From: Chiloscyllium plagiosum
Lineage: Eukaryota
Assembly: GCF_004010195.1 (NCBI RefSeq)
Contig: NC_057757.1
Span: forward strand, 636,964-695,975
Direction: 5' to 3'
Length of the DNA: 59,012 nt
Part shown: one piece after another, positions 31,501-44,999 of the stretch
How the letters are laid out: the number at the start of each line of letters is the position of its first letter
Numbering within the stretch: the stretch's first letter is position 1
Translations under genes and position numbers: made by a program
Notes under the pieces: model-generated
Seen by the model: only the letters and a program-made list of their open reading frames with translations
Told to the model about the DNA's origin: nothing
Database searches by the model: none

Positions 31501-34125
31501 GTCTAAATTCTTTCTGATTCGGAGCTGAATTTAAGTCAATTCCCAGGGATCATGCAAATTCTTCAAAAGCATTCACCCCAAAACAAAGTGAGCAGGGAGA
31601 GTGAACAGCTTTTTAATTGAAACCATTTGGTTTTTCACCCACGAGAGTACCACTGAATCTAATATCAAAAAGTGTACAGCAATTGTGACAACACTTAAAT
31701 CACAGACCACCGAGGAATCACATGGCAAAGCTACCTGATGCAAGTTCTTCGAATTTTGTCGATGGCACTAGCTACACAGTATAACGATTGCTGTTAGTGA
31801 GAACATGCTGCAGATAGAGGGGAAACAGTGTAATCTGGGTGTTGGGAGGCTGCTGTTTAACGGCATAGCCTGCTGGGGGCAGAGCTGCCTTTCTGACAGC
31901 CAAGAGCACTCCAAGGTGTTTGCAGAATTCAGGGTAGTGCACGTGCTGATACAAAACAAGACAGGACAGCTGCAGCAATAGAAAGAGTTGCCTAGTAAAG
32001 ATCCACAAAGGGGGTTTACAACACAATGTGGACAGCCCAGAACCACTCAAAAACCTTAGTAGGGGAGCTTCTCCCCCTGCTATTCCCAGTGATTTGCTGC
32101 TATTCTTCCAAAGAGATTCAGTGTCAGGATTATTTAATACAACTGGCAGTAACTCGTTCTCTCCTAAAGACAAGCTGCATGCTTATTTTTGGAGTTAGGG
32201 GGTTGGGGGAAGGGGTGGTTTAGATAAATAAAGACTCACTCAGCAGTTAACACTGGCACCAAAAATCCCCACATCTGAGGAAGACAGACAGTGGAAGGAG
32301 GGAGAATGTTTGGAATTTCTGACTGAAGTTTACATGGATTGAAAACTTTGGATGCGGTTTGAGTTCCACATGCCCGATAACACCATCTGAGATGTGTAGG
32401 CTTACACCTGCTGGGCATGGGCCTGCATGAACTGCAATCCTGCGGGAAATCCCCAAAGGCATGCTTACCAGAGGTTTATCAAGAACCATCAGATCTCTCT
32501 TCATGATCACCCTACCCGCTGTCAGCCATTATCCTCAGACTAATGATAAATTGCTCAGTTTAGATGTGCAACATACCAAAGACTCAAAACAGTAAAAAAA
32601 AAAGGAAAACTTGCAAGTGAGGGGGAAATCACTTGGCACCACTGAGGCAGCTGGTGGAACCCTCCAGCCACTTTCAGATGCTGACGGATCCATGGGTTTT
32701 CACCAGAGAACCTCCAATGGTGCTCTCCAAAGTCAGACCTCTCAGTATTGTTTTGAAAGGGTTGGCGGGGGGAATTTGCCTGGCCTTTTCGGTGATGTTT
32801 GAGAGATCCTACCATGCACAACTTGGCTGTCACATTTACCATATTACAACAGTGATTACACTTTCAAAAAGCATTTCATTGGCTGTGAAGGACTATGGGA
32901 CATCCCAGGATGATGAAAGGTGGTACAGAAATGCAGTTCATTTGTTTTTGCATTTGGTGCTGAATTTCAATTCAGGTAACTAAGGTCCAACCTGTTACCA
33001 TGTTTCGGATTGCACTACATTCAAACATTACTGATGAAACAATCCCGGATGTTATACAGGCAAGCAGCTCACTCAAAACATAGTAATGGGGAAGGGTGAT
33101 GCAACTTGAACCATCAACAGCTTCTGAGCTGCAGAAGCAGCTGAAGGCCAAAGAACTAAATATTCCAGCATTACAGGCAGCAACAGGAGGTGACATACCT
33201 GCAGCTCAGTGTTGCTGAGCTCGGGAGTTTGCTGTTTAGCAGGGGGTGTAGGGGGCAGGAATGCAACATCCTAACATTGCAACATAACACAGCTCCCCCT
33301 CTCACAGAGGCCAACACCAAATCAGAGACCGCAGATCCATTGGGAACACTGGCAGAGGTCACTACAGTGTTGTATTTAGACACACAAGTGATGAGCATAG
33401 AGAAATCCATTCCTGGGGCCACGCAAATAGCAGATATTTAGTTATCAAATATCACAAAAACAGAGGCGGGGGATTGGTGCAAGGATGAGGAGTTGTAAAT
33501 TAGTCCACGACTCCTACGCACACATTTGCAACATCCAGTACACACTCAGGTTTGTGTACCGCTCAAATTCACCGCAGACCTGCTCCGGGCCATCTGTGCG
33601 GTTTAGTATTAGACACATGTTGTTCAACCATACCCACTCGTACATAACCTCTTGAGACAATGGATATACATAGTAAATACACAGTTTTACCAGCCCTTAG
33701 TTCCACCCAGCCCCTCTCCTCTTTGCTGAATCCCCAGTGCATTCTCCCCTTTCAACTATCGATCAAGGTTGTTTTGAAACTGCAGGCAGTATTTCAGATC
33801 ACAACCCCGTATAAGAGAACTCTGACCTATATTCTTTTTGCCAATCTGTATTCATGGTTAATCAGCTCTCCTGTAGTGGAAATAGTTCCTTTAAGCTCAA
33901 TTGATTCTGAAATTTCTATATTAGGATGTACTGTTGTGATATGTTGTAACTGATGGATAGAATACATGTGCACCTTGAGAGGTTGTGTATTTTACAAAGA
34001 AAGGATACTTGGAATGTCTCGGTCTCCGGATAGAAACCCTGGACCATACCAGTCTTGCTCAGCCCCATTTCTCTGATTCTGTCCAACAGTGAAAGTAGTA
34101 ACATGTCAAATTGTTTAACAATTAC

Positions 34126-34212
34126 CGTCAGGTAGGACAGGTGATACTCCAGCAGCACTTGAGCGTTCACTAGATTCTCCTTGGTGCCAACAAATGTGAA
34201 AGGAACCATTCC
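34126..34212 (-). CDS. FXR2: FXR2 exon 11 equivalent: GMVPFTFVGTKENLVNAQVLLEYHLSYLT
   Basis: Boundaries ctgcag|GGA...ACG|gtaatt, 87 nt. Confidence 0.95.
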
Positions 34213-34710
34213 CTGCAGGACAGAGGAGAACACACTGTAAAGCAGAGGAGTCACTGTCTACAGTACCCGGATGTTACAGGCTCCAAAGTCTAAATGGGAG
34301 AAGAGCTCAGGGTTTCGCTGGGCGATACGTTGACATGCAGTTGGCTGGTATGAGCAGTCACACAAGGGTCACCTTAAGGCAGCTGTGAACTGCAGCTTGC
34401 AGCCCTGGAGTATATCCACATCAGGAGCATGTGGCTGAAAGGCCAGACAGACTGTGGAGGATTCTTGAACTTCTGGAGCGCTGTGATCCCTTGGTGCACT
34501 GCTGGATTACAGGAATCTTGTTCCACACCACTCAGCCACAGCACTTTAGGAATCCAGGTTTTGAGGGTGTACAGGGCAAATCACTGGCTGGGAATCTGGC
34601 CCTTAAGAAACCCTCATGATTAAGCTCACCTTATTATTCAGAGCAAAAGAGATATTCACACAGCAACATTACCACTGGAACCCGACAGGGAATGGCACTG
34701 AGGCACTGAC

Positions 34711-34820
34711 CTCCTCCCTGGGCAGTCTCTTGTCATTGTCTCCTTCAATGCGAACCCTCACCACACCAGACTTATCCACAATCTCCTGAATTACTTTCCC
34801 GTTCTTGCCAATCACCTTGC
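34711..34820 (-). CDS. FXR2: FXR2 exon 10 equivalent (KH2): [37 protein letters not shown]
   Basis: Boundaries atgcag|GC...GAG|gtcagt, 110 nt. Contains the GKNG loop. Confidence 0.96.
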
Positions 34821-36560
34821 CTGCATTGCAAAGAGACATGAACAGGTATTAGCTCGTTACAAGTTACTATTTAGGGTAGGACCCTAAGCTATTAAATGGC
34901 TTTTGTTTTTGTTAAAATACCTAGTATTCAGAATCCAATGCTGGCCTGATATGAAGGACTCTGCCATTCCAGTATAAAACCAGAGGACACTGCCTAGACT
35001 GGCATAGTTAGCAGGGTAATTGTCTTACTGCAGACACACAGCATTAATTGGAGTGAAATTTCCATGGCCACTAAATTCAAAGTCAGTCCATACAGGCAGG
35101 TTGAAGACAAACATTAATGCAGCAAGAGGAAGCTGCAGCTGGCCACTGACAGTCAGTAGATAGTTCCTCACACCTGAACTCGCTCTATGAGCCCACTTTA
35201 GACCCAAGAACGCAGAGTACTTCCTAAATGAGGAGATTCTTTCGTGGAATGAGAGATTTGGGAGTTGGGAGAAGAGAAGGCTGCCCTCTAGGGTGTTCCA
35301 AGAATAGAGATCAAAGCCAGTGGGACAAGCTTCTAAAGAATTCAAGTTACCAAGTCATTGGCTTTTATCTCAAGGCAAAAGAAATACAAAAGTGGGGTCA
35401 AAGTTATACAAAGCTCTGGGGACAACGGCTGGAGAAACTCTGGGTATGCAGGTATCATGGCGATGTAACCCTGTTAGTAACACATAGGGTTAGGCTAATG
35501 GGCACTTTGGTGTGAACCCCACCACAGCAGCTGAAATGGCAGGGGAGACCAAGGGCAATTGTAGGAAGGTAATAAATGCTGGCCTTGTCACACAAAATGA
35601 TTAAAAAACACAAATCAATCTGGGCTACACCTTAGGAAGGATACAAAGGCCATGGAGGGATGACCCAATGGGAACATAAGAGCTGATTCCAGACAAGTTG
35701 ATAGAATCAATAACCAAAAGACATAGGTGTGAGTGAGGCCATTAAGTCTACTCTGCCATTCAATTACTCCTGATAATTTCTCATTCGGTCTTCCCCCTGT
35801 AACCTTGGACCACTTTACCAAGCAAGAAACTCAAATATACTCAGTGACTTGGTCAATGTATCCAAGAAACAGTTTCTCATATGCATTGTGTTAGGAGGTA
35901 ATGTGGCCGTAGAAAGCGTCATGGAAGACAGCTGAAGCCCTGCTGCTCTGACCGATCATTGTTCAAATGCAGCCAGGTCACTATCATTGTTCAAATGCAG
36001 CCTGGTCAATGCTCCCAGCATAAAGATGACAGCAACTCATTTGACAGACCGGAAATAGAAATAGGAACTCTCTGGTTTGTTTGTCTGAATGCTACATCTG
36101 AGATTGCCTTCTATGGCTGGGAGCAGGATTTAGATCACATTACAATTACCATGAACATAGACAGACAGAAAGAGCAGACAGCCATTTGACCAGAGGAGAA
36201 TGGTAAACTACATTTACCCGCTATTGTTATACAGCCCTCCCCAAGGAGAATCTACTGATTTTGGTCTGAAAAAGTACAAGCAGTCCAGCATCCAGAAACA
36301 GTTTTAGGAGTGAGCTCTAGATTGACCTACCTTTTGAATAAAAAGTTTCTTCCTTTTGTACCTATTATACAGAGGGTGGTATTATTTCCCCTGGTGCAAG
36401 AGGGAGTGGAATAGCAATGGTAGCAGAACCTGAAAATACAAATCAGGTTGACAGGAAATGTATCTGCACAGGAGGAGGAGCTGAATGGCTTCCTTCCCTA
36501 GGATGCGATCCTATGCAGAGTCAGGAAGGAATAATATGACAAACAGCTCGAGTTTATAAT

Positions 36561-36862
36561 GGGCAGCACGGTGGCTCAGTGGTTAGCACTGCTGCCTCAG
36601 TTAGATTCCATCCAGTTTGCACATTTGCCCTGTGTCTGTGGGTTTCCTCCCACAATCCAAAGATGTGCAAGTTAGGCTGGATTGGCCATTCAAAATTGCC
36701 CCAGACTGTTCAGGGGTGCGCAGGCTAGGTGGTTAACCATGGGAAATGCAGGGTTACATGAACAGGGTAAGGGGTTGGGTCTGGGTGGGATGCTCATTGG
36801 AGGGTCAGTGTGGACTTGATGAGCCGAATGGTCTGCTTGCACACTGGAGGGATTCTATGACT
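36561..36862 (+). mobile_element. V-SINE/HE1-type SINE
   Basis: A box TGGCTCAGTGG, core and tail as in the other copies. Confidence 0.85.
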
Positions 36863-37118
36863 CCACAAGCCAGTGGTATAATTCTGGGCCTTACAAGGCT
36901 GGAATCCTGCAATTGTTTGCATCTGAAGTTATGACAATTTGGCACGTACTATTCAATAACCTCATTCCTTCAAGTGGTCAACTATAACCGCATGATTTAC
37001 TCAGTTGCATAGCCATCACAATTCACCACCTGCTATCATTTCTCCAGTAAGCTGTGTGGTGTGCAGGGCTGGTGTGAAGTTGCTGCTGACTATAGGTGGT
37101 ACCTGGGACAACACTTAC

Positions 37119-37197
37119 CAACGAGGCTTCGTGGCACTTGAACAGAGTTCTCAGAGAATTCCAGGTAACCTCTAGCCTGTTTTACTGCTTCCGGTGT
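37119..37197 (-). CDS. FXR2: FXR2 exon 9 equivalent: TPEAVKQARGYLEFSENSVQVPRSLV
   Basis: Boundaries ttccag|ACA...G|gtaagt, 79 nt. TPEA..YLEFSE.SVQ is FXR2-type. Confidence 0.95.
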
Positions 37198-37675
37198 CTG
37201 GAAAAGCAAAAACAAGAAACAGTTTATCCATCAGCAAATACAAAACTGACCACCTCCCAACTGTCTCAGCACCTTCCATTGAGAATGCAAATGCAATTTT
37301 TGCGGATACCAACTTACCAACGAGTGGCGATAGACCCGACCCCACAACTAGAGAACCGAATCACAGCCTTACTCCAAAAACTTCAGAAAACTGGAGAAAT
37401 AAGTTTAACTTCCAAAAAAATGAAACCAGATGGCTCCAACATATGTTTCTACAGATTACCCAAAATTCACAAACCAGGAGCCCCCCTCAGACTCAGTCGC
37501 TCTACCTGGAACACCAACATACAGATTGGCCAAAGATTAAAACACTTAGAAGACTCACACCATTCCATCCACTCCACCCAAGAATTCCTGAAGACCAATG
37601 ACAGAGATAGAAGAGGATTAATGGTCTCCTTTGATGTAACAGCCCTGTTTGCATCCAACATTAACCTGGCCAAGG

Positions 37676-37828
37676 CAAAAACAAGGACTGCAGATGCTAG
37701 AAACCAGATTCTGGATTAGAGTGGTGCTGGAAAAGCACAGCAGTTCAGGCAGCAGAGGAGCACAAAACGCCGATTTTCCTGCTCCTCGGATGCTGCCTGA
37801 ACTGTGCTTTTCCAGCACCATTCTAATC
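37676..37828. mobile_element. Hairpin insertion (same family as 1126-1315) with 17-bp TSD
   Basis: CATTAACCTGGCCAAGG at 37659-37675 and 37829-37845, with inverted arms. Confidence 0.88.
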
Positions 37829-39064
37829 CATTAACCTGGCCAAGGAAAAACTGACTACACTATTAGAAGACCCAAAGTCACATACACCAATCACCAACTT
37901 CATCAGCAAGGACAGTATCGTTGAGTTAATGTACCTTTGCCTTCCCACCCACTTCACCTTCAACAACAAAACCTACAGACAAACCAACGGACCACCCGGG
38001 ATCTCCGATATCAGGGTTCTGAGCAGAGGCAGTAACACAGACTCAAATAAACAGCTCTGCCAACCATCCAACTTAAACATTGGGTCCCCTACGTGGATAA
38101 CATCTTTGTCATCATTAAACGGAACAAATTAGAGGAAACCTTCAAGGCCATCAATAATACCCTTACTGGCATAACATTCACAAAAGAGGAGGAAACCAAC
38201 AAGCTGCCATTCCTAGATGTCACAGTAGAGCAAACAGCCAATGGGGAACTTCAAGCCAGTGTCGACAGGAAAAAAACTCATACGGACCAAATACTGAACT
38301 ACAGAAGCAATCATCCCAACACCCACAAACGAAGCTGCATCAGAACATTATTTCAACGAGCCAGCACACACTGCAGCACAGAGGAACTATGCAGAGCAGA
38401 GGAAAGTCACCTATACAGTGTATTCAAAAAGAACAGGTATCCAATGAACAGTCCACCAGTTTCTGAGCAACAAACCCAAACAAGCAGACAAAGCACGTCC
38501 AGAAACCCTAGCCACTCTCCCCTACATCAAAGACATCTCGGAAATGACTGCCAGACTACTCAGACCCCTTGGCATTATGGTAGCGCACAAAGCCACCAAC
38601 ACACTAAAACAGCAGCTAATGAACTTCAAAGACCCTCAACAGCCAACAAGCAAAACTAATGTCATTTAAAAATACCTTGCAAGAACTGTAACAAACACGA
38701 CATTGGACAAACAGGCAGCAAACTAGCCAACAAGATACATGAACACCAAGTAGCCACAAAAAGCTACTCACTAGTATCCTCACATACAGATGAGAAAGGA
38801 CACCACTTTGACTGAGACAACACATCCATCCTAGGACGAGCCAAACAGGCGCACACAAGAATTCCTAGAATCATGGCAGTCCAACCGTAACTCTATCAAC
38901 AAATACACTGACTTGGATGCCATTTACCACCCCCTGAGAAAAAGAACTGGAAATGACATCAGCATATGAAATGATGTTACCACAGGAAATTACATCACCA
39001 ACTCAAGGAAACCCAAATACAACATAGAACACGGGCTACACCACTGGTGCTTCATCTGGAGGCC

Positions 39065-39102
39065 CACTGAAGATGTTACCTAGTATGGTGACGAAATGTC
39101 TG
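39065..39102 (+). ncRNA. Minimal hammerhead ribozyme motif at the 3' end of the Penelope-like element
   Basis: CA-CTGAAGA-T-GTTACC-tagtat-GGTGAC-GAAA-T-GTC-TG, with a canonical GUC triplet. Confidence 0.7.
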
Positions 39103-41117
39103 AAAACGCACCTACCAGCTCAGTGAGCAAGCCTACATCCAGAACCTCAACCCGAGCTACAAATCTTCTCAGAAGTCGCTAACCTTCCATTAACTCGAAG
39201 AATTGGAGATTGAAGCACTTACTGCCAGATTGGATTTGTTTCACCTCTGGTGAATAGAATACCTTGACAACTTTGCATATTACTGACTGCTGTCCAGTGT
39301 TGTAGCTGTACCGCAACAGCTTAACTTGAGAGCTTGCTTTGGAGCATGGGTTTCAGCACCACAACCAGGGTCCACTGGCCTTGCTATATCCAGTCTGTTT
39401 AGCTATTTGGTCTCTCTCACATGACTGAAGACTGACAGCTGCAGAGGTGGGGTCTCTAAAGAATCACAGGTGGATCTCCCACTCTCACGAGCTCATAACG
39501 GTCCCTTCAGCCTGGTGTGCTCACTGCTCAGGAGGATGGAGATGCTGGAGCTTAGCCATGCACAACTGTCAAGCTGTGGATCCAATTCATCCTTTGAGTG
39601 TCCACTTGGCTGTATCTACTGCATGTTGCTTCTGCTGTTCAGCGTATATATCACTCTACACCAGTTTGACAGCTCACTTCATGGCACTTTGCCTAGTACT
39701 ATCTAGACATGCTTTCCCAAGTCCTCATGGGACCAGGACTGGTCAAGACACTTAATGGAGTGAGGCGATCAGCCCATGAGATTCCATCTTTGAGAGATGT
39801 TAAGCCTGTCATCTCAGGAGCCATCCTAATTCTGCCTTGAAAAGGGACAGGCTCAGTCTTCACAGCCTTTTGCGGTAAAGAGCTCTAAGACAAGGCTTAT
39901 CCTCATCGGCCTTAAATGGGCAATCCCTTGCTTTTAAAAAGACCTTAGTTCAAGATGCTCCCACAAGGAGCAAGCATCCTCACCACACCTACCAACGTCC
40001 CTCAGCATATCTTGCCTTAATCAAGTCACTTCTTAACTGAAACTATCACAGATACAAGACCAGCCTGACTGCTACCTGACCAATCTGTGGGAATAAGACT
40101 CGCCCAGTTTTTAAAACAAGTCTCAGCAAGTTACAGGACAGAGTCCGAGAGACTGGGGCTGCGTTCAGAGACAGTGTTAGATTTTATTGTACCTCGTTGG
40201 AACAGGTTCACACAGCTGAGTGGCTTCCTTGGCCATTTTGAAGTCGTCAGCCATATTGTCACATGGTATGGGACCATACGAGGTGGGCAGACCTGTTAAG
40301 GACAGAGGATGCCCTTCCCCAAAGAACTTGGCTGAACCAAATGGTAGTTTTTTTTAAAAAATGACTCTGCGGTAGTTGTTTCGGACTATTACCAAGACTA
40401 GATGACTTTTTTATTCAAGATGTATTTAAATTAATGGAAAGCATTATGGAGGAAGGTAATTAAGACTTGCTTTGGTGCCACCAGAACAATTTAAAACCAG
40501 TCACTGCTGTTTGAGATGACAGCCCAGATGAACATTATGCATGATGCCAATGGATGACTAACCAGCCTGATACCCAATGTCATTAATACAACACTGCAGG
40601 CCTCATTCACAGGACAGTTAAATTCAGAGTGTCAAGCAAGGTATTAGGGAGGGGAGAGAGCGAGTGAGGATGGGAAGGAAGGAGGGAGTTCAAAACGAAG
40701 CTTTGATCAGGGTGTAAAAAGCCCATTTCTAGTGGCAGGAGTGTGCAAGGAACCAGATGACACAGTGAAGGCAATTTGTGCAGGATTCCTAGACAATAAG
40801 AAACTATTTATTAGAAAAAAAACAGCAATTTATAGCACAGAACACACCATCTAAAAGGATTATGGAATCCACGTGGAATAAAATTTATCCAGATTTTGGC
40901 TGGAAGTTGCAGGAAAACACATTTATGGAGAAAGACCAGGAAACGCTGTTAACTAGGTAGCTCTAAAGAACCATAAGAGAAACAGAAATAGGCCATTCAG
41001 CCCATTAAGTCTGCTCTGCTATTCACAAATCACAGCTGATCTCAATTCGCAACTCCATTTTGTCTTTTCCACAGAACCCTTGATTCCCTTAAAGATCAAG
41101 AAAATCTGACGAATATA

Positions 41118-41318
41118 TGATTTGGAGGAGCCGGTGTTGGACTGGGGTGTACAAAGTTAAAAATCACAACACCAGGTTACAGTCCAACAGGTTTAATTGG
41201 AAGCACGAGCTTTTGGGGCATCTCCACAACCACTTTATGAAGGCGCGGCACTCTGAAAGCTAGTGCTTCCAATTAAACCGGTTGGACTATAATCTGGTGT
41301 TGTGTGATTTTTAACTTT
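41118..41318. mobile_element. Third, more degenerate copy of the 21.5/31.2-kb hairpin family
   Basis: Same GCCGGTGTTGGACTGGGGTGTACAAAGTTAAAAATC head and inverted arms. Confidence 0.85.
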
Positions 41319-42102
41319 GACTCAAATATACTTAGTGATCCAGCCTCACCAGCCCTCTGTGGTAAAGGTTTCCACAGATAAATTCCCTTCACCAGTCTTA
41401 TTTGTGTGATCCATTATTCCAATGATGCCTCTGCTTCCAGTCTCCCAAGAGGAAAAATAACCTGCCTACATCTACCTGGTCCACTCCCCCAAGGACCCTT
41501 TTACACTTCAAAAGGTCACCTCTCATTCTTTGTTCCATCAAGTACAGGTCCAGTTTACTCTATCTTTCCTCAGATAGTCCTTCTATACACAGTATCAGCC
41601 CAGTCAAGCTTTTGTGGACTGGCTCCAATGCTGCCTTATTATTCCCTAGACAAGGGGCCCAAAACCGTTCCAACTGCTGTCTGACCAGCACCTTGTGAAA
41701 TCTTTGAAAACCCTCCCTGCTTTTATACCTCAATCCTTTTGAAATGAAAGCCACCATTCAATTTGCCTTCCTTATTATCGAAGGAGTTTGGATGCTCATC
41801 TTTTGAGCGTCGCAGATAAGAACTTTGAGATTCCTCTTACGTAACTTTCTGCAGTCTTTCGAGACATTTAAATGAAGGAGAAGATCTGGTGGACCAAATG
41901 GCCATTCTGTGTCACATTTACTGACTATTACAAACCACACACCTAATCACACTGAAGGCATCAGTAAGATATATAGTATTTTAGAGATGGTCCATATTTC
42001 AATAAAAACATCACAAGCAATGCTCTATTTTCCTCCAATTATTCAAATGAATAAAAGCAATAAGAGTCAGGTTGTAATGGATGCAGCCTTCCTGCCTCTC
42101 AC

Positions 42103-42273
42103 CTCTCCATATATCCGAAATGTGCACGTGTCCTCATCCAGTTCAATTGCTGTCACCCCTGGCACCTTCCTGGCCTGCTGAATATTGGCACCGTGTGTTC
42201 CAATCGCAAGTCCCATCAGATCCTCCCGGACTCTGAATTCCTCCTGGAATGCAGCTGCCAGCTGCTTGGTGGT
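42103..42273 (-). CDS. FXR2: FXR2 exon 8 equivalent (KH1): [57 protein letters not shown]
   Basis: Boundaries ctgcag|ACC...GAG|gtgaga, 171 nt. Contains the KH GxxG loop (GTHG). Confidence 0.96.
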
Positions 42274-42904
42274 CTGCAGCGTTTATCGGAAGGGAAAGAA
42301 ACAAACATCAGCCAATGATGGCCTGCTATTCAGTCAAACAGGAGGCAAGTCCAAAAACAGCTAACTTCAAAACCTTCAACTCAACATTTCTTCGGTCTTT
42401 GCTTCTCTCTAAATACGAGGGTTATCACAGCAATGTCCAAACCACAAGGTGGAGTCCATAAAGTAGCCCCAAAATCCTGGCAAACAAACTCTTAGATACC
42501 AGGCAAGTCGAGGCCCATCTGTGTACACTCTCATGCACAAGTCAAGTCCCACGTGAATTCTGCCAGGAGCTCAGAAGGGTTTTTAAAATAGATTTTAAAA
42601 AGTGCATTTGCCTCATTGAGGATAAATCCTAAAATCAAAACACTGGAGCCTCTGAACATCAACGGGAGCAGAGATTCTTTAAGGCTTTTTCCAAACCTGC
42701 ACCAAGCCTTCAATGTACATGTTGAGAGATCCAACATTAAAGAAAAGCTTGCATTCCTATTCTCAATACTTCCAGCTCAAATCTCCCTGAACTCTGGAGG
42801 ATCTGACTGACTGACAGCTGCTGGGTGTCAGTCAGACAGACAGTCATTCACAAAAAGTGGCAGCATTGGATCCTGGTGAATGACAAGGGTCTTTTAGCCA
42901 AGCT

Positions 42905-43200
42905 GTGGCAAGCTCAAAACTAGGGGGCATAGGTTTTAAGGTGAGAGAACAGACATTTAGAAAGGACTTGAGAGACAATTTTGTTTTAAACTAGAGTGGT
43001 TTGTGTGTGGAATGAACTGCCAGAGAAAGCACTAGATGCAGGTACAGTTACAACATTTAAAGGACATTTGGATCAATAGGAAAGATTTGGAAGGATATGG
43101 GCCAAACACAGACAGGTGGGCGTTTTGTCTGGGAACATGGTCAGTGTGGACTGGTTGGACTGTAGGGTCTGTTTCCCTGCTGTATAATTGTAGGACTCAA
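42905..43200 (+). mobile_element. CR1 3' end
   Basis: AAAACTAGGGGGCATAGG...GGAATGAACTGCC and 3'UTR similarity to the other copies. Confidence 0.8.
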
Positions 43201-43412
43201 AGGCAGCAACTAGCTACAGTTTTTTGTTACACTTTAAGCACTGTGCTCGAGAGAGTCCACATTTAATTTTGGTTGCAGATGGAAGGGGGTGGGGGTGAGG
43301 ATTTGAACAGCCAATACCCCATACCCTCCTCTGCTGCCTGGAAGCAACATCAAGGTGCAGATGCTTGCAGCCTCAGACCCACTCCCTCTCCTCCGGCCCC
43401 CCTCTCACTCAC

Positions 43413-43529
43413 CTCAAGGTGTTTAGTTGCCTCCTCATTTCGGGACATCAGCATCAGTTTGGTGCGAATACTGCGGAAGTGCATGTCACTCAGCAAGCCT
43501 GCACGTTTCACAGTGGACTCATTAATAGA
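43413..43529 (-). CDS. FXR2: FXR2 exon 7 equivalent: [39 protein letters not shown]
   Basis: Boundaries ttccag|TCT...GAG|gtgagt, 117 nt. Confidence 0.95.
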
Positions 43530-44442
43530 CTGGAACAGAGGAGAATGATTGTTACTCTCAATCCCTTTGAAATTTAACAGTTGGAACTCCATGCTACACA
43601 CTTCAGGTTTCTCTCGGTGGTTACTGAACTTGTTCAAGGTTGGTAACCCAAGTCAGTGACCCAAAGTTCAGCTTCCATCACAACTCACCACTACACCTCA
43701 TGCCTTTAACTTCTTCCCATCATACCCCCCTCCTCCTCCTCCAACCTCAAAGGCCTTCCCTTCCACTTTCTTCTACCCACCCACTTCAGAGTCAGCACTT
43801 GCTTGAAAGCCTGTTAAATCTCCTAACTAGTTTATTCCAGATCACAAGTACTTGCAGGATTTCCAACCCTGCGGTTATCAGGATTGGCAAATGACGATAG
43901 TGCAGCTCCGCAATTGGTGCTCCATTCATCATCTGTAACTCCTATCTCAGCAAGCTCCTGTGCCCTAGACTATTTTACTCTGCTTAGTATTACAGAGGTT
44001 GGTCAGGTCTTGTGGCACAACAGTAGCGACCCTATCTCTGGGCCAGAAAATCTCAGTTCACGTTCCACCGACACAGGAAAGGTGGCTGAGTGGGTTGACA
44101 AAAACTCAACGAGACTAGTACACTCAGCAAAAGGGGATTTTGCTTTAAGGGCCGTGGGTTGGCTTCATGTTGCACGATCCCAACCAACATTTGAAGCAGC
44201 CTTTCCAGTTTGCCAAACCACCCATTTGTGCCCCTCCTGCTCTGTGCTCTCAGAGAGACATACCTTGATCTACATTGAGTGTATAAACTCCAACATAACC
44301 CTGGTCAAAAATAAATCCATCAGCCACAGCAAGACACACTAGCAAGGATTCCAGGTACATCCTGCCAGTTCAGGTGCTGAATGGACAGCACCAAACAAAT
44401 AAGCCCAGCAATGCATGCTTTGATGTTAGTTTTAGTGCTTAC

Positions 44443-44536
44443 CAGGAGGACCAGCTCGCCAGAGCTCTGGTTGTACACGATGGAGTGGGCTCCAACAGCT
44501 TTTTTGAAATCCTTGTGAGCATTCTCATTTGCGCAG
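44443..44536 (-). CDS. FXR2: FXR2 exon 6 equivalent (KH0 region): CANENAHKDFKKAVGAHSIVYNQSSGELVLL
   Basis: Boundaries ttatag|C...CTG|gtaagc, 94 nt, phase consistent with neighbouring exons. Confidence 0.93.
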
Positions 44537-44999
44537 CTATAACAGGAAGCAGGATGGGGTCATGAGAAAGAACATAAACAAGGGGAAACACAGCACCTTT
44601 CACAAAATGCAGGATACCCAAAGCTCTTTACAAATTATGACACACTTTTGAAAGATGGCATTACAGTAGACACTGGAGTGTAATAATGTCACACACACCC
44701 TACTACTCCACAACTTAACTAAGTAGTTCACCCAGTTCCCAAGGTGGCCAATTAAATACTACATATCTATCAGGTTTTAAATTCAAAAGAACAAGAATTC
44801 TTTAATTAAGAAAACTTTATCAAATTCCAACTTATTTATTGGTGAAGATATGAAGTGGTGGAATCCGAATAAAAACTTAGATGGAAATTAACAGGAGCGT
44901 TGCATATGGGAACTGGATAACGGAATCCAGGCAAATAGATAGAGTTAAGAGCAGCTATGATCTAACTGAATGAAACCCGATGGACATTTCAAAATGAGA

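Larger units (their letters stand above)
37230..39180 (+). mobile_element. Decayed Penelope-like retroelement (RT plus GIY-YIG endonuclease remnants) in FXR2 intron 8
   Basis: Motifs YRLPKIHKPG, VSFDVTALF, DNIFVI, LPFLDV, RKKTHTDQILNYRSNHP, and C..C.KHDIGQTG near 38670-38720. Multiple frameshifts. Confidence 0.9.

Noticed and set aside
33565..33605. Small imperfect hairpin as a miRNA or snoRNA
   Set aside because: The stem is too short and bulged, and no box motifs or known mature sequence were recognised.
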